The notes beneath the pieces are model-generated. The model saw only the letters and a list, made by a program, of their open reading frames with translations. It was not told the origin of the DNA and ran no database searches. A stretch of 64,000 bases of DNA from positions 1 through 64,000 of the forward strand of contig CAWJGT010000009.1 in the NCBI GenBank assembly GCA_963842525.1, in the 5' to 3' direction. The position numbers and the translations under genes are program-made. Below are positions 34,686 to 45,494 of the stretch, in pieces. This stretch comes from an uncultured Holophagales bacterium. GTDB lineage: Bacteria > Acidobacteriota > Thermoanaerobaculia > Multivoradales > UBA5704. Positions within the stretch are counted from its first letter, which is position 1. Every line of letters begins with the position of its first letter.

Positions 34686-36920
34686 CGAGGCCCCTTGCAG
34701 GGGCCGGAGGGGGATCGGGCGGGGCGGGGTGGTCGAGATAAAACCCGGCAGGTTGGCGGAGTGCTCTTCGAAGGCATGGCTCCAGCGGCCTGCGGAGCCA
34801 ATCTGGCGGACCTTTTTGCGGGGGGAGGGGAGGCCCGGGTAGGTGCCCCCCCTGGTTAACATAGTGCTTCATTATGTTAAGGCGCAGCCCGTAGGCGGGG
34901 AGTGGCGCAGGGCGTTGGTCCGATAATGCAGTTCTTATCGGACGAACGCCCGGTGGGAGGGGGAGCCGCCCCCGCCGGAGCCAGGGGCGGGCAGCTCCCG
35001 GGCCGGAGGGTGGGGGAAATCAAAATGGGGTGGGCGGCCGGGGATTGGGTGGTCGCGCCGGAGGATCGAACGGCTGGCTTTCCACGGCCTCAGGCTCCGG
35101 GGCGGCCACCCGGCCTTGTTGAAACACGGCTGCCATCACCACGAAAAACACGCCGGAGAGAGGGTGGCGGGACGCTGCCGTCGCCGCGGCGGTGCCCGGC
35201 GCGTGGGGCGGCGGGCTTTGCGCCAGCGTCTTGTGGGGGCGCGCCTTCGCGGCAACTCCGGGGACGCGGGTGGGTGGCGGGAGGTTGCCAACGACACGGC
35301 TGGATGGATCTCACGCGGGTGGCGGGACGCTGCCGACACCGCGGCGGCTGCCCGGCGCGCGGGGTGGTGGGTTTTGCGCCAGCGCCTTTGTGGGGGCGCG
35401 CCCTCGCGGGAGCTCCGCATGGAGATGCTGCCCTCCCCCACCTTCGGATGGAACTCGAGCGGGTGGGAGCAGGTTGCGGAGCGCCAGCGGAGTCAAGCTG
35501 CGTGGGCAGGGGGAAATCGAAATGGGCGGGCGGCCGGGAGATTGGGTGGGCGCGCCGGAGGACCGGAGGACGGCTTTTCACGGCCGCAGGCTCTGGCGCG
35601 GCCACCCGGCCTTATGGGCTGAGGCCCCTTGAGGGACCGGAGGTGGATGGGTGGGGCGGGGTGATCGAAGTAAACCCGGCAGGTTGGCGCAGCGGTCTTC
35701 GAAGGCATGGCTCCATCGGCCAGCGGAGCCAATCTGCCGGACCTTGTCTGGTGGGTGGAGCGGGTCGCGCACTGTGCACGTGAGTGGTCGGCCTGGGTGG
35801 TGGTCACGTGCACTGTGCCGATCCCGCGCGCGGGGGAAATCAAAATGGGCGGGCGGCCGGGGAATGGGTGGGCGCACCGGAGGACCGGAGGACGGCAGTT
35901 CACGGCCGCAGGCTCCGGGGCGGCCACCCGGCCTTTTCAAAAGACGGCCGCCGTCACCGCCCACGGATGGAAGCTCGAGCGGGTGGGAGCAGGTTGCGGA
36001 GCGCCCCGCGCGGAGTCAAGCTGCGGGGCGGAAAGCTGAGGGGACCACGATGGCTCTACCGCCGATGGAGCGAGTACGTCCCCGCACGGAGCTGCATCGG
36101 CGGGGCACGGCGGCTCGCAAGCCCTCCCCATCAAATGGGTGGGCGGGTGTGGAATTGGGGTGTGCGTCCTGGAGGACCAGAGGCCGGCTGCTCACGGCCG
36201 CAGGCTCCAGGACGGACACCCCGGCCTTGCAGGATGGAGGCTCCGACTGCGAAGAGGCTGAGCGCAGAGAGGATGGGAGCAGTTCGGCGGAGCGCCCCGC
36301 GCGGAGCTGATCTGCGGGGCGGAAAGCTGGGAGGCCACGATGGCCCTACCGCCGATGGAGCGAGTACGTCCCCGCACGGAGCTGCATCGGCGGGGCACGG
36401 CGGCTCGCAGACCCTTCCCATCAAATGGGTGGGCGGGTGTGGAATTGGGTGGGCGCGCCGGAGGACCGGAGGCCGGCTTTCCACGGCCGCAGGCTTCGGG
36501 GCGGCCACCCGGCCTTTTCAAAAGACGGCCGCCGTCCCCGCCCGCCGATGGAACTCGCGCGGGTGGGTGGATGGCGTCGTCGTCCCCGCCCGGCTGCCTG
36601 GCGCGCGGGGTGGTGGCGTGTGCGTCAGCGAGCTGGTGGGGGCACGCCTTGCAGGGGGACTCCGAGGACGCGGGTGGGTGGCGGGGACGTTGCCGACCCT
36701 GCGGAGGGCTCGACCTCGCGCGGGTGGTCGGCGGGGCGCTGCCGTCCCCGCCCGGCTGCTTGGCGCGCGGGGTGGTGGCGATTGTGCCAACAGCCAGGTG
36801 GGGGCGCGCCTTCGACGGTGCTCCGAGGACGCGGGTGGTCGGCGGGGACGTTACCGTCGCCGCGGCGGGACGGACCTTGCGGGGGTGGCGGATGGGGTCG
36901 CCGTCCCCGCCGGCTGTTTG
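34686..36920 (+). repeat. Mosaic degenerate repeat array (five copies of a roughly 110-bp core plus secondary modules)
   Basis: Core GGGTGGGCGCGCCGGAGGACCGGAGG...CACGGCCGCAGGCTCCGGGGCGGCCACCCGGCCTT at about 35012, 35509, 35832, 36130 and 36420. Confidence 0.85.
34856..34943. other. Two dif-arm-like palindromes (candidate tyrosine recombinase sites)
   Basis: TTAACATAG-7nt-TTATGTTAA (34856-34880) and GTCCGATAA-8nt-TTATCGGAC (34918-34943). Confidence 0.55.
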
Positions 36921-37379
36921 CCTTGCGTTATGTGACATTTCGTCAACATTCGAGCCGGTCCAGCTCCGCGGGTGGGGGGCTTCTTCTTTTTTCTTTCCTG
37001 CCCCTATCGGCCCGCTCGCCGGGGCTGTGCGTAGCTGTGGTGAATCCCGGCGAGGTGGTGGACGGTGGGCCGGGATTTCCAACGGGTGTGGGAAGGTCCG
37101 GAGGTGGAGGGGTGGCGGTCCGGAGCTTTCCATACCCGGTCAGCTTCCACAGCCCGGGAGGGGGAAAGCTTCAGCTACCACGCGCAGCTTCAAACCTGAG
37201 AGACGGCGGCCACCGCGCTGGATCTGCTGGTCGTCCAGGACCTGCCTGGCCTCCATGGGCTCGGCGGGGACTGCGTGCGGCTCTGCGCGGGCTCTGCCGG
37301 ACCTGCGTGCGGCTTTGCGTGGGGCTCCGCCGGAGCCGCGCGAAGGTCTGCGGGAGGCTCCCGCAGAGCCGCGCGGCTT

Positions 37380-39210
37380 GCCCGGGCCGAATCCTGCGGC
37401 CCCCACCCCCTTCCTTCCCCTTCGGATCAGCTCTCTCGCGAATGGTGCATATCAGGATTGAAACGAAACCTTGTCTACGGCTTTGCCTGGAGCCGTAATC
37501 TGTGCCATCCGGAAGGTGTCCACTCGCCGGAGGAATTTCTCTAAGTCCATGAAAACAGGAGGCTTATAGTTCGAACTCGGACCCTCTGGGGATACTCTTT
37601 AGAATCAACAACTTACGACGGTTTATGTCTCCCTCCGAAGCCCCGGCACACAATAGACAAACAATACAGATTTCAGAGGGTTCTCTGCTCCAGGTAGCCC
37701 TTGCGCCAGGGCGAAAGTAGCCGGTCGCTGAGCTGCTTGCGGCCGGTTCACGGAGCAGGAGCCGGCGGGTCATGAGCCACCTCGTTCCCTGGCAGCTAGC
37801 CACTCTGCGGAAGACTCTGGGTGGCTGGGATTTCGTTCCGCTCATTGCAATTCTCCATCCGCGAGAGAGCTGATGCGAAGGGGTGGAGAGGGGGGTGGGG
37901 GCCGCAGGATTTCGGCCGCGCAGAACCGCACACAGCTCGCGCAGGTCCCGCATGCGACTCCTGGGAGCCACATCCAGGTCTAGAGGCGTGGCCGGAAATC
38001 TGGGAAGGACCGCGAGCCGCAAGCCGTGCTCCGCGGCGCTGTAGAGGCTCTGGGAGGTTCGCTGCGGGGCCGTCTCGCCGCAGCTTGGCCCTCAGCAGCC
38101 GACGATTGTGCGATCAGGGAGAAGCCGGCTTAGGAGCGGCCGGCGGCGTCAGCTCGGCTCGTCGAGAACCTCGTTGACCGAAGCGGCAACGACTGCCTTC
38201 TCCAGCCAGCGCTCCAGCCGTTCTGGATCTGCCTCGGCCAGGATGCGCTCGCGGACGCCGTCCGGCACCGTAATGCCGCGGACCCGAAGCACCGACAGCA
38301 GGTTGCGCGCCGCCTCTTGGGTGCGCCCCTGGGTAAGCCCCTCAGCGACGTACTTTTTCGCGAAATCGCTCTGGTATTCGTAGCCCTTCATCGTCTCTAT
38401 CTCCCGGCGGGCCGCCTCATTCAAGAAATTGTACATGAGATCGTAATACAGCCTACCTTTATCATCGTCGAGCTTCAGGATCGCGGGCAGCACTGCGGCG
38501 GCAATCGCCGCTCCCCGTTCGGTCTCGCCGTGCGCCATCACGGAAAGCACACCGAGCTCCGGTCGGCGGATCGCGTCCTCAGTCTCCGTCACGACGGGAA
38601 CGGCGCTGCGGGGCAGCACAGACGGGCGCAGGATGAAGCCAGGGGCGCCGATCGCGATCGGTTCCGCACACCACTCGGCGACACGTGGCTCGGGCGCGAT
38701 GACCAAGATATCAGCCGGGCAATCGTGGATGGCGCGCGAGACGGTGAGATAGACGGGCCAGCTGAGGCGCTTTCTGGGGTCGATCGACACTGGACCTCGA
38801 CGATGATCACCCGGAAGGGGGTGCCGCCGTCGAGAAGGACGACTACGAGATCGGCGCGGTATTCGGCGGGCTGGGTCTCGGTGAAGTCGGTGGAGGCGAG
38901 GCGAGCTTCTTTGTAGGGCGGAAGCGAGACGCCCAGCACCTCCTCCAGGATCTCTGCGGCGAGCGACGGGCGGTTCTTGAACAGATCCACCAAGCTCTCG
39001 TGGGCCATCGAGGGCATGACGGCGTTGTTTCTCCTTCCGATCCTTCTCTCAACGGGGTACTCAGATCGCTGAGACAGGTGCAAGATACCATCATTCTGCC
39101 TCCGAGGACACGGCGAAAGGGGTAGGTTTCGTTCCGTTGCGAGTATTCCGTCATCCGCGAGAGAGCTGATCCGAAGGGGGCGGAGGGGGGGCCGCAGAAT
39201 CCGGCCGCCC
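37380..39210. repeat. Second repeat family, three copies of about 90 bp (37380-37470 +, 37830-37920 -, 39125-39210 -)
   Basis: Shared CTGCGGCCCCC...CCCCTTCG(G/C)ATCAGCTCTCTCGCG(G/A)ATG...AACGAAA. Confidence 0.75.
38149..39017 (-). CDS. PD-(D/E)xK/Rpn-like protein; frameshift near 38790
   Basis: HESLVDLFKNRP...EYRADLVV...IIVEVQ...KRLSWPVY; C-terminal YQSDFAKKY..EG...LERWLEKAV. Confidence 0.8.
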
Positions 39211-39513
39211 GAAGCCGCACGCAGGTCCGCACGCGGCTCGCGCAGGTCCGCACGCAAGTCCCGCAGTAGCTTTGGGGTGTCGCACGCAGGTCTGCACGCG
39301 AGTCCGCATGTGCCTCTCAGGCCCCACAGCAGCTCCGTTGATCGCCGGGATCATTCCCGACCGGGCCGGGTAGGGTCGCCAGCCACCCACCTCCTAAACT
39401 AAACCTAAACTTCTCAGGCCATGTCAATTTGTATTGTCATTCTGAATTACAAATATATTCCCGCGACGGGTGTGCGCTCCGAATGCTGCGGCCGGCGCCC
39501 CAGTGGGCTCCGA

Positions 39514-39939
39514 TCAGAAGATCTGGGTGTCGTGGAACGGATCGTACACGGGGACACCGAAGCCACGAAAGTGGTCGACGTTCCTGGTTGCGACGCCCAG
39601 GTCCTGAGACTTGGCGATCGCGAGAATCAACAGATCTCTCAGCTCGACCGTTCGCCCCCGGCGACGCGCTTCCGACTCCAAAGCGGCACAAATGAGTCCA
39701 GCAGCACGATCGAACGGCAGCACATCACAGTCTGACGCCAGAAGCTCAGCAAACCAGCCTTCCAGGAACTCTCGCTTCTTCCCTGCTGGAAGTCGCTGGA
39801 TTCCAGACGCGAGCTCATAGACTCCTACGGCTGGCAATTGGAGAGTCGAAAGCTGGCCGAGCCAGCGGATCACGCCAGCGTCCGGTTTCGGGCGCGCCGT
39901 TTCCGAGATGACGTTTGTATCGAGCAGGTAGTGGATCAT
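39514..39939 (-). CDS. vapC: PIN-domain toxin (VapC)
   Basis: YLLDTNVISE...DLLILAIA...VATRNVDHF. Confidence 0.92.
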   Translation of the reverse strand: MIHYLLDTNVISETARPKPDAGVIRWLGQLSTLQLPAVGVYELASGIQRLPAGKKREFLEGWFAELLASDCDVLPFDRAAGLICAALESEARRRGRTVELRDLLILAIAKSQDLGVATRNVDHFRGFGVPVYDPFHDTQIF

Positions 39940-40277
39940 CCACGCCCCGTTCGTCTTCGCGCGAAGGGTTCGGCTGGCACGAAATCGAGGCGCGCGGGCT
40001 CGAAGTCACTGACGCCCCCACCATGCCGCTGCTTCAAGGCTTCGACCCGCTGCAAGAAAGCGGCACCACCAGCCCCCGGCAGTTGCTGGTCGGCCGTTAG
40101 GCGCTCGTAGTCTTCGATTGCCAGTACGACGACGAGGTCTTTCCCGCGACTGTGAATGACCGTAGGTCCTTGCGCCGCCTCCCGCAGTACCTCCGACAGC
40201 TTGCTCTTGGCTTCGGCAACCCCCAACCGGCGTGTCCGCGGAGAGAGTGTTTGAATTCCCTTCTTCATGACCATCAT
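39936..40277 (-). CDS. Phd/YefM antitoxin
   Basis: GVAEAKSKLSEVLREAAQGPTVIHSRGK; overlaps the vapC start. Confidence 0.9.
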   Translation of the reverse strand: MMVMKKGIQTLSPRTRRLGVAEAKSKLSEVLREAAQGPTVIHSRGKDLVVVLAIEDYERLTADQQLPGAGGAAFLQRVEALKQRHGGGVSDFEPARLDFVPAEPFARRRTGRG

Positions 40278-40399
40278 AGTCTACTCGATGGTCATCGAGG
40301 TCGCAATGCCGCCCGATGACCAACCTTCCGATAGATGTACTTCACAGCGAGCGAGTGCAGATCTGTACGCAGCCCGCCGAGCCCCTGAAACTCAATCAA

Positions 40400-41580
40400 G
40401 GCCTCCTGGACGAACTGCCGATCGCTAGCCGGCTCCCGCGACCGCCGCGGGGATGGTAGCGCCAGCCCACCACGCGCAAGCAGCGTCCGCGGGACGACCA
40501 CCATCCGCGTACCCGGAGATCCGTGCAGGCACCCCCATTGGATTGTTGACGAAAAGACATCGGCCCTGGACGCCAGGCAGCCTGCGTGAGGATGACCACT
40601 CCCCCCGACCACCTCTCGCGGGCCAGCTCGAGGTGGCAAAGGCAGCCGCCCGGTTTCGTTTCCGGAAACGTTATCCGACTCCCGCGGCCTGGGCGGGGAC
40701 GGCAGTGCCCCGCCGACCACTCGCGCGAGGTCGATCCCACCGCGGCGACGGCAACGTCCCCGCCACCCATCCCGCGTCCTCGGAGCACCGCCGAAGGCGC
40801 GCCCCTACCTGACTGTTGACGCAATAGCCGCCACCCCGCGCGCCAAGCAGCCGGGCGGGGACGGCGGCGCCACCCGACCACCCGCGCAAGCTCCATCCGC
40901 GGGTGGGGACGGCAGCGTCTTTCGAAAAGGCCGGGTGGCCGCCCCGAAGCCTGCGGCCGTGAAAGGCCGTCCTCCGGTCCTCCGGCGCGCCCACCCATTC
41001 CCCGGCCGCCCACCCCATTTTGATTTCCCCCGCGCGCGGGATCGGCACAGTGCACGTGACCACCAGCCCGGCCGCCCACTCACGAGCACAGTGCGCGACC
41101 CGCTCCACCCGCGCGAGGTCAATCCGCGGCGGGGACGGCGACCGTCTTTGAAAAGGCCGGGTGGGCGCGCCGAAGCCTGCGGCCGTGAAAAGCCGGCCTC
41201 CGGTCCTCCGGCGCGCCCACCCAATTCCCCGGCCGCCCACCCATTTGATGGACAGGGCCTGCGAGCCGTCTTGCCCCGACAGAGCAGCTCCGGGTCGGCG
41301 AACCACCCCCGCCCGTCCGGTTCGCCGACTCTCCGCTCCTCTGTCGGCTCAGCGATCGTGGCCCCCGCAGCTTTCCGCCCCGCAGATCGGCTCCGCGCAA
41401 GGCGCTCCGCCGAACTGCTCCCACCCTCGCGAGGTCCCTCCTGTCGTGGTGATGGCAGCCGTGTATGAAATAAGGCCGGGTGGCCGCCCCAGAGCCTGCG
41501 GCCGTGAAAAGCCGGCCTCCGGTCCTCTGGCGCGCCCACCCAATCTCCGGCCGCCCGCCCATTTTAATCTCCCCCACCCG
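40400..41580 (-). repeat. Inverted counterpart of the mosaic repeat array (three core copies)
   Basis: 41010-41110 is nearly the reverse complement of 35755-35850; cores at about 40905, 41135 and 41445. Confidence 0.85.
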
Positions 41581-41699
41581 CGGGTCCCGACAGAAGTGCC
41601 AGCCGAACACTGCGTAGCTCCAGTGAACTGGAGAGATCCTGGCCGAAACGCCCGGCAGCCCTCCGGGCGGCCTCCCGCCGCCGGGCGTGTCGGCTCTCG

Positions 41700-43343
41700 T
41701 CACGGCGCCAGCACCCCGGCGTCCCAAACGGTCTCGCCGCCGACCAGGGTGAGCAGGCTCACGGTCCCCGGCACCGCCGGCGGTGGGATGGTGAAGATGT
41801 CCTGGGAAAGCACCGCCAGGTCTGCGAGGTAGCCAGGCTTGATCGAGCCTTTCTGCCACTCCTGGAACTCGGCCTTGGCCGAGCCGCGGGTATAGGCCGT
41901 CACCGCCTGCTCCATGGTCAGCGCCTCCTCGGGGCGGGACGGATGGACCACCGCGAAGAACAGGTCGACGAAAGGGTTGGGTTGCGGGCTGTCGGAGCCG
42001 AAGGCGAGGTCGACGCCCGCGTCCAGCAGCGAGCGGAGCGGCTGGGCTTCCGCGGCGCGAGCGGGTCCCAACGGGGCCTCGAGCTCGAGGGTCAGATGGG
42101 TGGGATTCTGCACCACGATCACCCCCAGACGCCGCGCTTTGTCGAGGTGCTCGGGTTGGATCATGTCCCCGTGCTCGATACGCGGCCGCAGGAGGCGCCA
42201 GACCAGGTCAGGCGCCGCGCGGTCGAGCTCGCCCAATGCCTTGTCGATGGCCCGGTCGCCGAACGTGTGGACGATGAGCTGGTCACGGACAGGCAGCCCG
42301 AAGAGGCTGCGCCGGACGAGCCGGGTCAGTTGGCTGTTGGTGGCGTTGAAGCGACCCCTGCCGGGATGATCGGCGTAAGGCTCGCGGAGCGCGCCGCTGC
42401 GCTCCACCGGAGTGCCGTCGAGCAGCCACTTGATCCCCGACGAGGTCAGCCGGTCCGCGAGGTCGAAATGCGCCGGCCGGCAGGACTCTTCGAGCTCCAT
42501 CGGCACACACATCGTGCGCAGCCGGACCTTGAGATCGGCGCCGGCGAGAATCCTCTCGCTGCGCTCCTTGATCAACCCGATCGTCATCTCCTGGAGGGAG
42601 GTCACTCCGACCTGGGCGACGAGTGCCGTCAGGGCCTCGAACTGGGCTCGCAGCTCCGCGTCGGAGACACGCGCACGAAACGGGCGGACCAGACGGAAGA
42701 ATCCGTATTCGTGGATGACTCCATTGACGATGTTGGTCCCGGGGAAGCGGTCGTAGGCGCCGCCAAAAGGGTTGGGCTGGTTGGGGGCGATGCCTCCCGC
42801 CTCCATCGCACGGGTGTTGATCACCGCGCTGTGGGACGACCAGGTGAGGAGGATCACCGGATTGTCGGGCGCCACGGGATCGATCGCCAGCCGGGTGGCG
42901 GCCGGGTCGAGAATCAGCGTCTCGCCGACGAACGCCAGGATCCACTCGCCCGGCTCCGCCACCGCCACCGCCTGCGCGACCTGGTCGAGAGCCTCCGCCA
43001 GGGTCGGACCCGGGCCGGGGATGTTGATGGACGGCAGCGTCAGGCGAGGGAATCCCACCCCCAGGTGGGCATGGGAATCGTTGAACCCCGGCACCACCAC
43101 ACGTCCGGCGAGATCGATCGATCGGGTTCCCGGACCGGCCAGAGCCAGCACCGGTCCGTTGTCGCCGACCGCGACGATCCGCGAGCCGCGGATCGCGACC
43201 GCCTGCGCCCAAGGCCGGCCGGAGTCGACAGTGAAGATCTTGCCGTGGTGAAGGATGATGTCGGCCGCAGGGATGGCGAGCGCGGGGCTGGCGAGAAGAA
43301 GCAGGAGGAAGGGAGCGAGCAAAACGAAGGACGTCCGGCGCAT
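41700..43343 (-). CDS. Secreted amidohydrolase (Amidohydro_3/YtcJ-like)
   Basis: Signal peptide; VVPGFNDSHAH, HTFGDRA, RIEHGD, FGSD, GSIKPGYLADLAVL. Confidence 0.9.
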   Translation of the reverse strand: MRRTSFVLLAPFLLLLLASPALAIPAADIILHHGKIFTVDSGRPWAQAVAIRGSRIVAVGDNGPVLALAGPGTRSIDLAGRVVVPGFNDSHAHLGVGFPRLTLPSINIPGPGPTLAEALDQVAQAVAVAEPGEWILAFVGETLILDPAATRLAIDPVAPDNPVILLTWSSHSAVINTRAMEAGGIAPNQPNPFGGAYDRFPGTNIVNGVIHEYGFFRLVRPFRARVSDAELRAQFEALTALVAQVGVTSLQEMTIGLIKERSERILAGADLKVRLRTMCVPMELEESCRPAHFDLADRLTSSGIKWLLDGTPVERSGALREPYADHPGRGRFNATNSQLTRLVRRSLFGLPVRDQLIVHTFGDRAIDKALGELDRAAPDLVWRLLRPRIEHGDMIQPEHLDKARRLGVIVVQNPTHLTLELEAPLGPARAAEAQPLRSLLDAGVDLAFGSDSPQPNPFVDLFFAVVHPSRPEEALTMEQAVTAYTRGSAKAEFQEWQKGSIKPGYLADLAVLSQDIFTIPPPAVPGTVSLLTLVGGETVWDAGVLAP

Positions 43344-43399
43344 GATGCGAGTCTCCTTTCTGTGGCCCTCAACCAGAAAGGTGCGCCTGCGAGCCTGAG

Positions 43400-43628
43400 C
43401 GGGCCGCCGGAAGAACGGCGAACCACTCACGCCCTCAGGAAGGACACCCAGATCCGTCCCATCCTGGAATCCCGCTGCAGTCCCTGCCACTTCGCAGGCG
43501 GCAAGATGTACCAGCAGCTCCCCTTCGACCGGCCGGAGACCATCCGCAAGCTCGGGGACAAGATGTTCACCCGCATCAAGGACCCGAAGGAGCAGGAGCT
43601 GCTGCGGGCCTTTCTGGCGGAACGGTAG
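43400..43628 (+). CDS. Small CxxCH protein (start uncertain)
   Basis: QIRPILESRCSPCHFAGGKMY...; convergent with the CHAT gene. Confidence 0.5.
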
Positions 43629-43629
43629 C

Positions 43630-45484
43630 CTACCGCCGGAGCACCTCGATCAAGCTCCCCGCCTCGGCGGCGAGGTCCGAGCCGCCGGGAAAGAAACCGT
43701 TTTCCGTCGTCCACCAATCTGTATAGCGGCGGAGCTGACGCACGGTCGAATCGAGAGGGAAGCAGTCGCCGTTGGCGTGGTCTCTCACGCAGAGCTCCAT
43801 GTCTTCGAGGATCTCGGCCGCCGCGTCCGTGCGCCGGGGTTGGCCGGCCAGCGGCGCGAGCAGGTAGAGCTCGGCGAGCGAGCCGCGAGCCCAGAAATCG
43901 TTCGGCTTCTTGCCGTCGATCTCCGCCGCCGCCAGCGCGGCGTACCAGTGGCCTGGGTTGCGGATCTTTCCTTCGAGCACTGACTCCAGGGAAAGGTGCT
44001 GAACTCCGGTCCAGTGATGGGAGAGGTTGTGCTCGTACCCCCTCTTGTACCAGAGGCGGGAACGGTTGAGGGCGTCCTGCATCTTTTGCCGCCGTTCGTC
44101 GCTGGGGATTCGCGTGCCGCACGTGAAGTGCAGCTCGGCCAGGCGCTTTTCGGCGCTTCCCAGCAGCCCCAGGTTTTCTTCGAGCACTCCTCCTCGCGCG
44201 TGTCCGGCCGTATCGTTCAGGAAGTCTTCGAGTGCCTTGATACATCCTTGCAGGTGGCTCGCGACGTCATCGAACTGCGCCGGATCGGCGCAGGTGCTCG
44301 CCACGAGCGCGTCGGACCAGGCCTGCGCGATTTTCAGCGAGGACAGGACCGCTTCCAGCCGCACCTCCTTCAGGTGCTCCGCATAACCTTCGGGCAGGCG
44401 TACGTAGCCGACGAGGCTGGCCCAGTCGTGACCGGTCCGATGGCGATTCTCGTACAAGGCTGCACGCGCTTCATGGAGCGCCGTCCTGACGTCTCGGCCG
44501 GCGAGCAACGCGCCATAGAAGCGTTCGACCATGAGGTTGGATCCGGACACGGTGAGCGGGAGCTGTGAAGCCACGACGACAGGAAATCCCGAGACATGGA
44601 GCTGGTGCGCGATGCTCTTTTCCGGCGCGAGAGTATTGGTCAGGTTTGCCGCGTCGCACGTCGCCATCGTCACCACGACCGTCCGGCCGCACAGCGGAGC
44701 GAGGGCCTCCGTGAGGGTCTCCGGGGTGACCGCTTGCAGCTCGTTGTTCTCGTCGTGCAGCGCCATGCCGAAACGCTGCCGGTGGGCGCGCCCGACGGGA
44801 TAGCCGTGCGCCAGGATGTGCACGTGAGTGAAAGGTTTTTGCGTCGCAACGGAGTCCGCGCAGGCCTTCTGGAGCGAGGCGATGCCGGTCTGCTCCAGGA
44901 CGGTGAGCGCGTCGGTCGCCACTCCTTGCTGCAGCGGCATCCACGGCTTCAGGGCGGCGCGCAGGGCCTCCTCGTGTGCGCGATATGGCACGTCGACGCC
45001 GGCCCCCGAAGGACAGGCCCAGGCGAACAGGATCCGCGGCCTCGCCGGCCAGCGCACGGCGGTCTCCGCGAAGTCGTGGCGTACGCGGCGCGTGAGCCTC
45101 GACGACGGGCCGCTCCTCCCGGACCAGCAGCGGCTGGCCTGCGCCGTCGGTGACCGTCTCGAACGGGAGGGCAGCCAACTCGGCGGCATTGACGACGAGG
45201 TCCAACTGGAGCGGGGTCTCGCTGTCTTCGAGCTCCTGGAGGCTTCCGACGCCCAGGATGGAGGTGACGACCTCGCCGATCTCCTTCAGGGCGGCCGTGC
45301 GCGCTTCGCCTCCCGCCTGGTATCGCAGGCCGAGCATGTGATCGAGGAGGTCGACCTGATCGAGCGGCATCTTGAATTCGCGAACGGGGTGGGCGGCGGC
45401 GGCGATGAGATAGGGGTCGCCCTTGCGCAAGGCGCCGGTCTCGAGATCGTTGAAGCGATGGAACTCGACGAGCAGGGATTTCAT
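43630..45484 (-). CDS. CHAT (caspase-like) protease with C-terminal TPR-S-like domain; frameshift near 45098
   Basis: ELAALPFE, VHILAHG (His), MATCD (Cys), VVASQ, FYGALLAG, DWASLV; C-terminal WYKRGY...WTGVQHLSL...DFWARGSLAEL. Confidence 0.85.
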
Positions 45485-45494
45485 AAAGCTGTCC

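Noticed and set aside
37565-37595. tRNA gene around GTTCGAAC
   Set aside because: No acceptor, D or anticodon stems could be built; only a T-loop-like word is present.
34900-41580. Repeat arrays as CRISPR or as coding ORFs
   Set aside because: Units are about 110 bp, degenerate and irregularly spaced, with repeated rather than unique spacers and no cas genes. The ORFs are overlapping R/G/P-rich shadow frames.
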